In this document: positions 38,839 through 49,566 of the stretch, in pieces | How the letters are laid out: each line of letters starts with the position of its first letter | Position numbering within the stretch: position 1 is the first letter of the stretch | Source: Barthelona sp. PCE | Taxonomy: Eukaryota | Direction of reading: 5' to 3' | DNA length: 64,000 bases | Assembly (NCBI GenBank): GCA_040285745.1 | Contig: JAUFOR010000003.1 | Coordinates: 1-64,000 of the forward strand | Notes under the pieces: generated by a model | What the model saw: only the letters and a program-made list of their open reading frames with translations | Told to the model about the DNA's origin: nothing | The model's database searches: none | Translations under genes and position numbers: made by a program

Positions 38839-40653
38839 ATGCTTGCACATGTACAAATTCTTTTACCAAATTGTTTCTACATAGAATGTGAGAAGTTTAG
38901 AATCCTTATCAATTGTCCAGAAGGTTGCCAGCGTGTTTGCTTGGCACGTAAAATTTCAGTTCCAAAACTGACTCATATTATTTTTACAGATTTAAATCCC
39001 AGTTCCGTGGGTGGATTGATCGGCATGTTGTTTACATTTGCTGAAAACTTCGAATTGCGTATTGCAGAGATGAACAGACCGCCTATTAAGCTCATGGGCC
39101 CTCAGTCGCATCAGCCATTTTTTCATTTCGTAAAAGAGTTTGTTCGTCAAGATGACCGACTTTTATTGCCCGTTGAGGTTCAAAACTACACACCTGTCAT
39201 TTTGGGTATGGTTGAAAGTTTCCCAATGTCACTACATATCACCCCAAGCACCGTTCACGATAACGCTCTGTGTTGGACTGTCAGATGTCCAGAAATACCA
39301 GGAAAGATGGATATGTCACGTGTGAAAGCGCTTGGAATTCCAAGAGGACCACTTCTAGGAAAGTTGATGAAGGGTAACATCATTACGCTTGAAGACGGAA
39401 CTGAAATTGAACCATCTATGGTTATAGGCGAATCAGTTAAACTTCCTGTGCTTTATTTTAAGTCAATGTATCTGGGTGAAGAGTTTCCACTCCCAACACG
39501 AGAAGAATACACGGCTTTTGTCGCACACAATAATCCACACTTGTTGACTCACGAAACAGACTGGATCAGGGCGACTGGTAGCTCATTCGAATCCGAAATA
39601 GAGCAGGCTGAGATATTACGTAACCATAGTCTACCCTTTAACACATTCACGGACATCATCGAGAAGGAGTACGTTTCTGTACTTTCGCGCTACGTCCTGG
39701 CCCCCCAAAAGCGTCAGGGGTGGGTTCCATCACCTATTGCAAAGAACCTGAGAAGCGAGTTCTGCTTCACCGAACCAGCTCTCATTTATTTAGGTACAGG
39801 TGGCACAGCCCCCACACCTCGACGAAACACCCCATGCGTGGGTTTGTACGTGTCACCAGAAGAATTTGTGCTGTTTGATGCAGGCGAAGGCTCATGTCAA
39901 ACAGCCAAGCGTCTTTTTGGCGATTCACTGCCTGTCCCCACACATATCCTCATCAGCCATCTACATGCAGACCACTGGCTGGGGCTGTTCGACTGGCTTG
40001 ACTACTGCGCAGAGCACCAATCAGTGCCAACGCTCATCGGTCCTATGAGTTTTATTACTCCAATGGACTTTATCCGAGATACAACCGGGTACGAGTTCCG
40101 TTGCGATGTCTTTAAGGGGCACCACGAAGCTTTCGGTATGTTTAACATGACAGAGGGAATACCCCCACGGAGGACACGTTTTGTTATGGGGATTGGTGGT
40201 CTCACACTGACGATTTTTCCAACGCTCCATTGCTCGAATTCAATGGGGTTTGCAGTTGATGTAGACACTCGCCGTATTGTATATTGCGGCGACGGAAGGA
40301 CACACGAGTACATGAGGAACGAGTGTTCAGGTGCAGATCTCGTAATGGGCGAGGTGACCTATGGTTCTCCAGTAGAGTTGCAACAGGAGGCGGTGAACAG
40401 ATATCATCAGACTCTCCCTGAGTTTCAGTCCTTTGTTCGAGAGAACGAAATAGGTTTGGGTGTTGCGGTACATTTCGGCCGAAGAGAGTTGGCGAAAACA
40501 GAGACATCAATCACTGAAATTTTGCCGTCTTTTGACTTTTTTGTGCTCCCGCTTTCCGTTTTGGAAGATGATATTCAGAAAAACGCCCTAATGGATAAGG
40601 TGCAGTCATTTTGGTTTCATCTGTATCCGACTAGCGATGAAAAAACGGAATGA
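38839..40653 (+). CDS. ELAC2: Long-form tRNase Z
   Basis: N-terminal NCPEGCQR pseudo-motif, exosite GIPRGPLLGKL, LGTG, FDAGEG, HLHADH and YCGD. Confidence 0.92.
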   Translation: MLAHVQILLPNCFYIECEKFRILINCPEGCQRVCLARKISVPKLTHIIFTDLNPSSVGGLIGMLFTFAENFELRIAEMNRPPIKLMGPQSHQPFFHFVKEFVRQDDRLLLPVEVQNYTPVILGMVESFPMSLHITPSTVHDNALCWTVRCPEIPGKMDMSRVKALGIPRGPLLGKLMKGNIITLEDGTEIEPSMVIGESVKLPVLYFKSMYLGEEFPLPTREEYTAFVAHNNPHLLTHETDWIRATGSSFESEIEQAEILRNHSLPFNTFTDIIEKEYVSVLSRYVLAPQKRQGWVPSPIAKNLRSEFCFTEPALIYLGTGGTAPTPRRNTPCVGLYVSPEEFVLFDAGEGSCQTAKRLFGDSLPVPTHILISHLHADHWLGLFDWLDYCAEHQSVPTLIGPMSFITPMDFIRDTTGYEFRCDVFKGHHEAFGMFNMTEGIPPRRTRFVMGIGGLTLTIFPTLHCSNSMGFAVDVDTRRIVYCGDGRTHEYMRNECSGADLVMGEVTYGSPVELQQEAVNRYHQTLPEFQSFVRENEIGLGVAVHFGRRELAKTETSITEILPSFDFFVLPLSVLEDDIQKNALMDKVQSFWFHLYPTSDEKTE

Positions 40654-40677
40654 GTAAATATTATTTACATAGTTCGG

Positions 40678-41043
40678 TTACCAACGAGTAACGCAGTCAG
40701 TGTAGCACTCGTGCATCTCCTTTTCTGAGAGAATAAAAGCGAGAGGGGCACAAGATTCCTCACATATACGTTTATAATCACTCGGTCTTTGGTGTTTTTG
40801 CATATTTGAATTTGAATATGAACCCAGACCAATCTCAAATGAAAATTCATCATCACATTCGTACATACATACGCTGTAAGGTTTGTTGATATCTCCATTG
40901 AGACAGAATTTCTCACATTCGTTTAGTTGTTGGGATGCTTCATTAGATCCTTCAAAGTCGTATCCAATCTCATAATCGTTGTTATAACAGTAGCCCAAGA
41001 CAAGGGATGTGACCAATAGATATGTAATCAATGATAAACGCAT
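40678..41043 (-). CDS. Small secreted Cys-rich protein
   Basis: Signal peptide and four Cx3C motifs (CEKFC, CMYEC, CEESC, CYTDC). Confidence 0.7.
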   Translation of the reverse strand: MRLSLITYLLVTSLVLGYCYNNDYEIGYDFEGSNEASQQLNECEKFCLNGDINKPYSVCMYECDDEFSFEIGLGSYSNSNMQKHQRPSDYKRICEESCAPLAFILSEKEMHECYTDCVTRW

Positions 41044-41294
41044 TGGGAAAAGGGTATTACAAGTAAATGCAAAAAAAAAATGGTTTTATCGTGAATTGAA
41101 CATGCTCGTTATGCAAGTTCGTCCTGAAAATACAGCAACAAGACAGTAAAATTATGTAATGATAATCATATTGCAAAAAATGTCTATTTACAACCAATTG
41201 TAATATGTTAAAAACAATGAGTATATGTATCAAAAAAACCGAGGATACAATTGCTGCTGTGAACAAATATTGAACTAAAAGAAGTTCAACCTAC

Positions 41295-42767
41295 TCAAAA
41301 AACTAAAATATCATTACGTATAGCATTTTCGACACTCAAAGGTGTAAAAACCTCCATAAAGTCGATTGGTACATCTTTTTCATTACTAAACCCATTAAAA
41401 ACTTGTTTTAGCAATAAATTCGTTACTTCACTGTTGCCTGAGTTACGTTGAAGGTGAAAAACGTTACCTGGTGCCACATTGATCGACATTAACCCCTTGT
41501 CGAATGTCAAATCACTTCCGAAAGCAGAATTTCCGAAACAAGGAGGTATCATGGAATGAGTACGGATATTGTTTTTGGCATCACAGGCCTCAAGGAACAT
41601 GCCTCCATTCACCATCCCATCAGTGACGCGAGAATCATCTCCTTCGTTTGGAAAGCAAAAAATAAACGCTTCCCGATCAAGGTATTCTTCGAACAAACTC
41701 GAGCACTTGAATCCAACAGAGGTATACCCACCGACAACGGTCCCGTCGTGGCTTAGCCGAGCAATTATCAGTACAGGGAGTTCCTTCATCGTATTATTCA
41801 ACTCGGCGAGGCAGCTCTCCTTGTACTCGTTCGTGAATATCTTCCTGAATATCTCGGTCTTGAAGCGCGCCTGTAGTACGCGCCGCTGGGCGTTGCTGAG
41901 GATAGATGACGTGGCTAATGGGGCTCCGACACGAGGTTTATATTCATGTGGATTAAAATACTTCACATTTCTCTTCTCGATCTCAAAATCAAACAATTCT
42001 TTGTTCTTTTCCATCATAAGCCCACGTCGCAGCTTCATCAGGCAACCAACGACTGTATTTTCGTGGTTGATGTGATCCGACAACAGCATGGCCTCAAAGA
42101 GCTTATCCTCACTAACACTGAGTACTTCAAGGTCAAATAACTTCGAAATAAGAGAGCAGGGCACGATTTCAAACATTTCAGGTACGACTAATCTTGGCAA
42201 TTCTCTATTTGCAGCTCTCAATAAAAGGTCTTGTAAAGCAGTTGGTGCTGAATTCTCAAAGCACATGTACACGTCTTTGATGGACTGAAAGTCAAAATTT
42301 CGATCCATAAAATAGCAGCAGCAATCAATAAGACAAGAACTTTCTAATTCGACGGCGCATTGTAGAAGAGGTACCACTGACACATCGGAGAGGCACGTCT
42401 CTCCCAGATAAAGGAAACTGATTAGAACAGGGAAAAAAACATCCTCAAGATTAACACACAGTTCAGAAATATCTTTGTTTAGTTCATATGCAACACGAAT
42501 AACGTTGAAATGAACGAGCAATGTGTATCTGTGTACATGGAATTTCGTCCCCTCGCTGCTTATCAATATAAAATCGGTGAATTTCTGCTGGTTGTAAAAC
42601 TGCCATATATCTTTTCGGATATCGATCAACATGGTCTCGCTGGTCGGGTCATCAACGTCAAACGTATCAATGGCCTGTATCTTAATGGGAACCTCAGAAA
42701 GTCTTCGTGTTTTGGGCAAAATCATTTTTATAGGTGTTTCAAAAGGTGATCCATGGCGCTTACCCAT
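41295..42767 (-). CDS. BTB/POZ (+BACK-like) and TLDc domain protein
   Basis: FTDFILIS.EGTKFHVHR...FLYLG (BTB); LIIAR..DGTVVGGYT...DREAFIF...PCFG...DL...MEVF (TLDc). Confidence 0.88.
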   Translation of the reverse strand: MGKRHGSPFETPIKMILPKTRRLSEVPIKIQAIDTFDVDDPTSETMLIDIRKDIWQFYNQQKFTDFILISSEGTKFHVHRYTLLVHFNVIRVAYELNKDISELCVNLEDVFFPVLISFLYLGETCLSDVSVVPLLQCAVELESSCLIDCCCYFMDRNFDFQSIKDVYMCFENSAPTALQDLLLRAANRELPRLVVPEMFEIVPCSLISKLFDLEVLSVSEDKLFEAMLLSDHINHENTVVGCLMKLRRGLMMEKNKELFDFEIEKRNVKYFNPHEYKPRVGAPLATSSILSNAQRRVLQARFKTEIFRKIFTNEYKESCLAELNNTMKELPVLIIARLSHDGTVVGGYTSVGFKCSSLFEEYLDREAFIFCFPNEGDDSRVTDGMVNGGMFLEACDAKNNIRTHSMIPPCFGNSAFGSDLTFDKGLMSINVAPGNVFHLQRNSGNSEVTNLLLKQVFNGFSNEKDVPIDFMEVFTPLSVENAIRNDILVF

Positions 42768-42812
42768 TCTAATGCTTCTGAATGAAGTTAAAAAAGAACA
42801 AACAAAAATTTA

Positions 42813-43682
42813 CTATTCATAGCGATAGGGTCCCTTGTACTGCATTTTTTGAGAAGTTAAGATGGCACACTGCTTGTGACTTGTGGTGACGTCCCGTTCA
42901 GTGTCCACATATGAAGCAATGAAGGTGGCCATGCAAGTGTCTCCACGACCAGTTCTACTATGAGGATCTTTGGGCATCTGAGGCCATTCTTCAAAGGCTA
43001 CTGTCTCTCCCTCATCAATAGAAGTATATACACCATCCTTACATGTGCATAGAATAACAAGATGAGGGTATCTTTTGTGGAATAGAGTAATTCTCTCGAT
43101 GAGATCTGTCTCAAGCGACATTCCCGTGAGGAGCGCTACCTCTGCGTTGTCCACCTTGAGGACGTCAATACTCTCAAGGAAGGAAAGGTCGGTTGGCAGT
43201 TCTGGGTTAATGGTGTTATCGGGCTGACGCTGGCGGGTGTATCCCTGAATATCCAAACCAATCACGCTCTGGGGGAATGTTGCGCGGATGTGCCCGAGGA
43301 CGTCCACAGGAAGCTCTCCGTTAAAAAGAGGACTGAGCACAATGGCTGAAAGACTTGGTTTCTCTTCCGCAATTGTGTTAACGTCTTCCATCGTCCATGC
43401 AGCGGCAGTGTCGAGAATGCAGGAGACCCTGATGTCAGGATTTTCAGGATAAGGGTACACATTCTCGAAAGTAGTTGTAGTACTAGTTTCAAAAAACTCA
43501 GAATTGAGCAATGTGGTGTACATGCTTCGGCTCTCAGCATCACACTTAGTGTATGTGCATACGGTTTCAGGTGAAAGAACAGCGCAAGCAGCAGCACTAC
43601 CGTAATACACTCCTCCTCCAGGTACATATGTTTCACCGATTTTATCCTTGGTCACGTGACCTATGAAAGCTATAGACTTCAT
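42813..43682 (-). CDS. PfkB/ribokinase-family carbohydrate kinase
   Basis: IGHVTKD...PGGGVYY, LDIQG, LKVDNAE and RTGRGDT (PfkB signature 2 variant). Likely start MKSIAF. Confidence 0.88.
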   Translation of the reverse strand: MKSIAFIGHVTKDKIGETYVPGGGVYYGSAAACAVLSPETVCTYTKCDAESRSMYTTLLNSEFFETSTTTTFENVYPYPENPDIRVSCILDTAAAWTMEDVNTIAEEKPSLSAIVLSPLFNGELPVDVLGHIRATFPQSVIGLDIQGYTRQRQPDNTINPELPTDLSFLESIDVLKVDNAEVALLTGMSLETDLIERITLFHKRYPHLVILCTCKDGVYTSIDEGETVAFEEWPQMPKDPHSRTGRGDTCMATFIASYVDTERDVTTSHKQCAILTSQKMQYKGPYRYE

Positions 43683-43776
43683 TAAAATTATGAAATGTAA
43701 TGATAAGGGGTGGTAATACAAAACCTGCTTTCAGGTTTTTCTCTTTAAAAGCAATATTTTCACTTTATAAATTCAT

Positions 43777-45096
43777 ATGTCCGGTCCGGAAACACTCCCA
43801 AACACTCCCAAACAGGAAGCAAAATCACATTCAACAGAGATAAGTCCAAAAAACATAAATCAAGTACAGCAGATGAACCAAAATTTTATTCAAATGATCC
43901 AGGCTCGTGCTATGTCTGACATAGATACAGCTAAGTACAGTAATGAGAAGGATATGATTAAGAAAATCATTTCGATCTTACGCAGTTCTGCTGCAAATGA
44001 ATCCAAGCCTGAAACTGAACTGCTGTCACATGATCCTCTCTCTAACACACAGGAAAAAACCGCTGCTCTTCATATGCGTATTAGAAATTTCGAAATACAG
44101 AACAGAGAATATGAAGCGACAATTGAGCAACAAAAGAATAAGATACAGCGGTTGCACAAGGAATATGGGCTGCAACTCGAGCTCAAGGACGCTCAAATAG
44201 AGAATTTGCAGAGGTTCAGCGCAAAGTTGAGCGACGAAGAAGAAGAGCCTAATGTTGAGGAACTTCATGGCAGGTACAAGATGTGCGTTGAGAAGCTTGA
44301 GGCAACCATATCGGGGCTTATGCAGGAGATTAACGCCATAAACACGACGTTTAAACAGCTACAAGGAAACTATAAAGCTCTGGAGTCGAACTGCAATGAG
44401 GCGATCGACAAACTTATCACTAAGGGCAACACAGTGCAGCAGCAGGCGGAACTCATCGCACAGCTCAATGTCAAGAGTGGAAAGCTTGAGTATGAGAATA
44501 ATATGAAGGGACAGAGTCTTGAGATCATAAACGCAGATCTTGAGCAGCTACAAAGGGAGCACAGGACCCTGAAGCAGAAGGAGCAGAAGCAGCGTGCAGC
44601 AATCGGCCGTCTCTCAACCGATCTCACTAGCCTGTACTCGCTCGGTCAAGGAAAGAACGAGGTCATCGAGGACATGCAACAGTACATCGGTAACATGAAC
44701 GACAGATACGAGACCATTGTTGACCTCACAACCCGCTTGTCGAAGAGCGAGACAAGTAATACGGCTATTCGCAAGCAATTACACTCTGTTCAGCTGGAGG
44801 TGACCAGTATCCGCGACGAGTGCCTGTCTCTTGCTGAAATCAACCGCATGATGATTTACGACAGGCCAATGCATACTGTCTCCACACGCAACTCCCACAC
44901 TCAAACTTCCCACAACGTACAGCTGGAAGAATCAAAGCCCAAACCTGTTTCCAATATTTGTGAACTATGCGGGCGTTCCGTCCAAAAGCAGAGTGCGTAT
45001 CGTCCCCTCTGCTTCACGTGCCACATGGACAAGAAGCAGAGGAAGAGCCGGTCTCCGTCAACAAAGAAGAGCCGATCATTCAATTTCCAGTTCTAG
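43777..45096 (+). CDS. Coiled-coil protein with C-terminal C4 zinc-ribbon-like motif
   Basis: Long heptad-rich region, then CELC-x12-CFTC. Confidence 0.75.
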   Translation: MSGPETLPNTPKQEAKSHSTEISPKNINQVQQMNQNFIQMIQARAMSDIDTAKYSNEKDMIKKIISILRSSAANESKPETELLSHDPLSNTQEKTAALHMRIRNFEIQNREYEATIEQQKNKIQRLHKEYGLQLELKDAQIENLQRFSAKLSDEEEEPNVEELHGRYKMCVEKLEATISGLMQEINAINTTFKQLQGNYKALESNCNEAIDKLITKGNTVQQQAELIAQLNVKSGKLEYENNMKGQSLEIINADLEQLQREHRTLKQKEQKQRAAIGRLSTDLTSLYSLGQGKNEVIEDMQQYIGNMNDRYETIVDLTTRLSKSETSNTAIRKQLHSVQLEVTSIRDECLSLAEINRMMIYDRPMHTVSTRNSHTQTSHNVQLEESKPKPVSNICELCGRSVQKQSAYRPLCFTCHMDKKQRKSRSPSTKKSRSFNFQF

Positions 45097-45786
45097 AGGG
45101 TCCATCCCCAGCAGCACTGGGCTCAGCACCTCCATCTCTTCTTCGCCGCATACGTCGATGAACTTGGTGTTCAATTTATGCAGCTGATGCTTGACTGCCT
45201 GCAGTTCTAGCTTAATTTCGTTTTCGTCGCTGTTATGTCGAAGATGATCCATTGAGTTGTTTCTCTCGAACGTAGCGTCACGAAACCGCGGGCTTTGTAG
45301 AAAATTATCAAAATCGTCTGAGAAAGAATTAAAACAGGTTATTACGCTCGACTCCTGTTCTTTTAACATCATTATCTCCGCCTGCTGCTCTTTTAGTCGC
45401 ATTCTCATACTTTCAACCAGCTCAACGGCCCTGTCTTCCCTTGAATTAGCCTCAGATAACTGTCTGGTCAGCTCAGTCACATTCTGCTGTAAATGATTCT
45501 TTTTTTCCTCCCACTGGCGTTTCTCAAGCTTGTAAAGGGAGATTTCCTCATTCTTTCTCTGTAAATCGACATTCAACTGATCAACTCGTCTGATATTAGC
45601 GTCTAATTCCTCAAAGTGCATTTTCAGCATCATTTCGTTCCGATTCGTGAGCTCCTCGTTGTCTTTAGTGAGTTTTTCGATCAAAAACTGTTTTTCATCG
45701 AGCACACTTCTGAATAGAGCTTGGTTATCACGCAATGTCTGTGCCAAGCTATTGTTTAGCTCTTTCAGATTGTTTTTCGCGCTCAT
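45076..45786 (-). CDS. Coiled-coil hypothetical protein
   Basis: Heptad-rich ORF from the likely start MSAKNNL. Confidence 0.7.
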   Translation of the reverse strand: MSAKNNLKELNNSLAQTLRDNQALFRSVLDEKQFLIEKLTKDNEELTNRNEMMLKMHFEELDANIRRVDQLNVDLQRKNEEISLYKLEKRQWEEKKNHLQQNVTELTRQLSEANSREDRAVELVESMRMRLKEQQAEIMMLKEQESSVITCFNSFSDDFDNFLQSPRFRDATFERNNSMDHLRHNSDENEIKLELQAVKHQLHKLNTKFIDVCGEEEMEVLSPVLLGMDPLELEIE

Positions 45787-45998
45787 CCAATGAATATGGC
45801 CCCTATTATACCCTACAATAGGTAAAAAAAATAAATAGAAAGGTGTGAAATGGGTGAAATGAAGTACTTCGGCTTTTTTGCAAAAAATTGTGGATTTAAT
45901 ATGGTTTTTTTGTGTTTTGCTCATCGTTAAAAGGATAGAAAAATATATTATGACTTGTTACTTCAAATTTTTCCTCCTTCGCTTCGAATAATTAAAAA

Positions 45999-47375
45999 AT
46001 GTATTCGAAGACGCGTTTCGGGGACGACATTGACATATCAATCGATTTCGAAGGGTATTTTCATGAATCTACCGCCACAATTGATCCTTTTGATAGAATG
46101 CCTTCCAAACCAGCAAGGCAAGCACCAAAACCACCAATACACATCGAGGCCAGGAGTGCGCCGATACGCAGCAAGCCTTTATTACCTAAAATGACTAAGC
46201 GGTTTTCAAATTTGAGCTCTCAGTCTAAGATGACCCCCAGTCGAGTTTCGATCAATCCTGAGAAGGAAATCATGATCTCACCCTCAGCAAGCGAGATGAT
46301 GTACCATATGACCAGAACCAGCTCATCAAAGTCGGAATTAAGGAGTTCTATCACACAATCTGTGTACAACAGCTCTATTGCACCGTCTGTCCAGATGGCT
46401 GACCATTCTGTGGTGTCTGCGCGTATGCCAACGCTCAAGTCTTTCGATACTGGAGTTTTAAAGTCTTGTCCTCCGGTATATAAGCAGCTTCACGAACCTT
46501 ACAAGACAGCAAAGAGAAGCCGGCTAGCGCTAGTGGCGGACCCCCTGAAGACAAGAATGCGCAAGATGTACAGTACACGAAATAAGGTTGCTGTTCTTAA
46601 AGGTAATGGAACTTCAGCGGTAGAGCCTATTGTTGAGAGTGAACCCGTGGACATTGAGCCTGTAATGGTGGAACCTGTATCCGTTGAACCTGTGATAGAA
46701 ATTGAGCCTGTGATAATATGTGAACCTGTATCAGAGCCCGAGCCAGTTTTGGAGGTTGCAAAAGAGGAGGTAGAAACAATGGAAATTGAGGAAGAAACCA
46801 TGGAAATTGAGGAAGAAGAAGAGAAAGATGTAATTGTTAGGCATGTTGTGTCCGAGATTGTTGAATGTGTGATAGAAAAGGAAGAGGAGGAAGAAGTTGT
46901 CATTGACATCGTTGAGGAAGAACCCAAAGTTGAGGTAGCAATTATTCCTGAACCGGAACCCGTTATTGAGCAACCGGAAGAGACTTTTGACGAGGAGAGG
47001 CCAGTTGTACCCAACGTTAAGGTGCATAGCATACAAATATCGAGTGAAGAGCCGGGCAGTCCCTCACAGTTGATGAGAAGGCGTATAGACATTGGAAATA
47101 ATTTGGAGTGGGTGTCTAAAGAAGAAATCGACGGTTTGCTTAATTATGATAGCAGTGAAAACGTTACAATGACAATTCCTATTGTTCCCAGTGATGATTT
47201 TTCAACCAGAAAACGTAGAGAGTCTCATCCGATAGCACCAAGCAAATTGAGCACGGTGCTCAATGAGAAGCCTGAAGAAGCAGGTGAAATGTTCTTGCAC
47301 GTTTCAGACAAAGCCTTGAGCCCTGATTCAACATCCATATTTCCAGAAATATCATTCGCAAAACTTGGTAAATAA
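45999..47375 (+). CDS. Low-complexity protein with EPV/Glu-rich repeats
   Basis: 458-aa ORF with a basic N-half and acidic (V/I)EPV repeats. Confidence 0.7.
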   Translation: MYSKTRFGDDIDISIDFEGYFHESTATIDPFDRMPSKPARQAPKPPIHIEARSAPIRSKPLLPKMTKRFSNLSSQSKMTPSRVSINPEKEIMISPSASEMMYHMTRTSSSKSELRSSITQSVYNSSIAPSVQMADHSVVSARMPTLKSFDTGVLKSCPPVYKQLHEPYKTAKRSRLALVADPLKTRMRKMYSTRNKVAVLKGNGTSAVEPIVESEPVDIEPVMVEPVSVEPVIEIEPVIICEPVSEPEPVLEVAKEEVETMEIEEETMEIEEEEEKDVIVRHVVSEIVECVIEKEEEEEVVIDIVEEEPKVEVAIIPEPEPVIEQPEETFDEERPVVPNVKVHSIQISSEEPGSPSQLMRRRIDIGNNLEWVSKEEIDGLLNYDSSENVTMTIPIVPSDDFSTRKRRESHPIAPSKLSTVLNEKPEEAGEMFLHVSDKALSPDSTSIFPEISFAKLGK

Positions 47376-47393
47376 AAACGAAACCTTTTTTTA

Positions 47394-49436
47394 TTATTCG
47401 ACTGTAACAGACTTCGCAAGGTTACGAGGGAAGTCAACATCAATACCAAGCAAGGTACTGACGTAATAAGAAATGAGCTGAAGAGGAACAACGTTAACAA
47501 TGGATTGCAGGAACTCATGGGTCGTCGGGATGGGGAGAACACTGATTTGCTCCTCAAAGAGCTCATGTGGCTTGCCACTGATCGGCTCAATATAATCCTG
47601 CAAGATATTGACATTCTCTGACGTCAAGAACACGTACTTCTGCTTCTGGTTCGGATGGTTGACGCACAGCTCAAGCAGCTCACGAAGGGCCTCGGCCTCA
47701 ACATCATCATCTAATATGTCAGAAGTTGCAACGACGATAATTGTGCACGGTTTGTTCTTCACAATGTTCTGGTGCAAAAACGGCAGAAGGAACGTCAGCT
47801 CCTCGCCAATGGTGTGTATGTACGAGATCTCCTTGATCTTCAGGGCGCCTTCCAGAGCGGTCGCCAGTTGTCTGTTGCTAGATGCAACGAAGATAGAACT
47901 CTGCTCGCCTAACCACTGAGACAGGGAAAGAATTGAACCGTCGAGTGCCAGAGCGGCGTCCACGTCTTCAGGGAGCTTTGCGAGCGCGTCAGTGATGGCA
48001 TCGAGATCAATTTTTGGGAGTTCCTGTACAACAGCCGTCTTGACCTGGTGCAGGTACAGTGCGAGGAGGATGAGCGCCATGATTTGGTTCGTGTACGCCT
48101 TGGTGGACGCAACACCGACTTCCGGACCAGCCATTACGTTGACGCCGCACACGGTTTGCCTGACCAGTGAAGAGCCAACAGTGTTTGTGATTCCGATGGG
48201 GGTGACACCCTGCGCAACTGTGTACTCTAGGCAGCGCAGCGTGTCAGCAGTTTCACCTGACTGACTGATAAAGATGGCAAAAGCATCGCTGTTCAGGAGC
48301 AGCTGCCTGTCTAGTACTTCAGAAGCAAGCTCAACTTGCACTGGAACCCCGAGGCACTCCATAAAGAGACGCTTACTAGCCATTGCAGAGTGATATGAAG
48401 TACCGCATGCAAACATGTACACATGACTCTTATTGATGAGGTCCATCGAGTGCTGCTCGATGCCCCTGAGCATGAGGCGGCTCTGAGAATCATCTACACG
48501 TCCACGCATACAGTTGGATAGAGTCTCAGCCTGCTCAAAGATCTCCTTCTTCATGAAGTGGGGGTATCCACCGCGACCGAGCTTGTGAATATCGATATCA
48601 ACCGTAGAAAACTCACGCTCGGGGCGCATAGTCTCGACAGAGTTGTATGTGATGCACTGAGGAGTGACGTGAACAATATCACCCTCCTCAAGATACACGA
48701 CTGATCTTGTGTGGGGGATGACAGCTGCGACATCACTCGACAGGATTGCCTTGAAGGGCTGCTTCAGAGTGATGGTATCGCCCAATTTGAACTCCTCGGG
48801 GAATGACTCAAAAGTTTGAAGGCCAAAGATAAGGGGAGACGCCTTACGGACACCGACAATCTCATTGGGGTAGCGCTGCGAGCGTACAACAATGCCGTAT
48901 GCACCCTCAAGCTTGGGGAGTACGGCGCGAACTAATTCGGTCAGAGAGGGGACTTTTCCAGAGGCAACAAGCTCCTGATATGTTCTCTCGAGAAGAATAG
49001 GCACTACCTCTGTATCTGTATCTGAACGCAGGACAACGCCGTCAGCAGCGAGTTGCTTTCTGATTGCATCAGCGTTTGTGATGATACCGTTGTGAACAAC
49101 AGCAAAGAAATTGTTTTCTGAATCAGTGTGAGGGTGTGAATTCATCTCAGAAGGCTCACCATTTGTGGCCCAACGTGTGTGGGCAATACCCGTTTCGATC
49201 TCCAAGACATCCTCAAAATTGAGATCACTTGCCATAACAAAATCACGCAAATCTTTGACTCTTCCTGTTGTTCTAAGAACCACATTTGCGGTGTTGTCCT
49301 CAGGGAGACCAATACATACACCAGCAGAATCATAACCACGATATTCAAGTCTTTGCAATCCTTCAATGAGATGTAGAACGAATTCAGACCTTTGGGTCTT
49401 CTGGAATGCAGATAACAATGCAAAAATGCCACACAT
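47394..49436 (-). CDS. GFA1: Glutamine:fructose-6-phosphate amidotransferase
   Basis: MCGIF, LEYRGYDSAG, HTRWAT, HNGII, SQSGETADT, GVASTKAYT, EGALKIKEISY and PRNLAKSVTVE. Confidence 0.97.
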   Translation of the reverse strand: MCGIFALLSAFQKTQRSEFVLHLIEGLQRLEYRGYDSAGVCIGLPEDNTANVVLRTTGRVKDLRDFVMASDLNFEDVLEIETGIAHTRWATNGEPSEMNSHPHTDSENNFFAVVHNGIITNADAIRKQLAADGVVLRSDTDTEVVPILLERTYQELVASGKVPSLTELVRAVLPKLEGAYGIVVRSQRYPNEIVGVRKASPLIFGLQTFESFPEEFKLGDTITLKQPFKAILSSDVAAVIPHTRSVVYLEEGDIVHVTPQCITYNSVETMRPEREFSTVDIDIHKLGRGGYPHFMKKEIFEQAETLSNCMRGRVDDSQSRLMLRGIEQHSMDLINKSHVYMFACGTSYHSAMASKRLFMECLGVPVQVELASEVLDRQLLLNSDAFAIFISQSGETADTLRCLEYTVAQGVTPIGITNTVGSSLVRQTVCGVNVMAGPEVGVASTKAYTNQIMALILLALYLHQVKTAVVQELPKIDLDAITDALAKLPEDVDAALALDGSILSLSQWLGEQSSIFVASSNRQLATALEGALKIKEISYIHTIGEELTFLLPFLHQNIVKNKPCTIIVVATSDILDDDVEAEALRELLELCVNHPNQKQKYVFLTSENVNILQDYIEPISGKPHELFEEQISVLPIPTTHEFLQSIVNVVPLQLISYYVSTLLGIDVDFPRNLAKSVTVE

Positions 49437-49566
49437 TATTAATAGAAAAATAAAGAAAAACGAGTAAAGTACGTTTACGGCACAATATTGCTTAAGTTAG
49501 ATGATATCTATTTATTTTTAGGTTAAGTAACTGAAAAACACCCAGCAGCACCTGTAAATATTAGTT

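Noticed and set aside
23468-47092. Long Ser-rich antisense ORFs (e.g. 23468-23998, 37371-37838, 46499-47092)
   Set aside because: These are shadow frames of Glu/Lys-rich real genes on the opposite strand.
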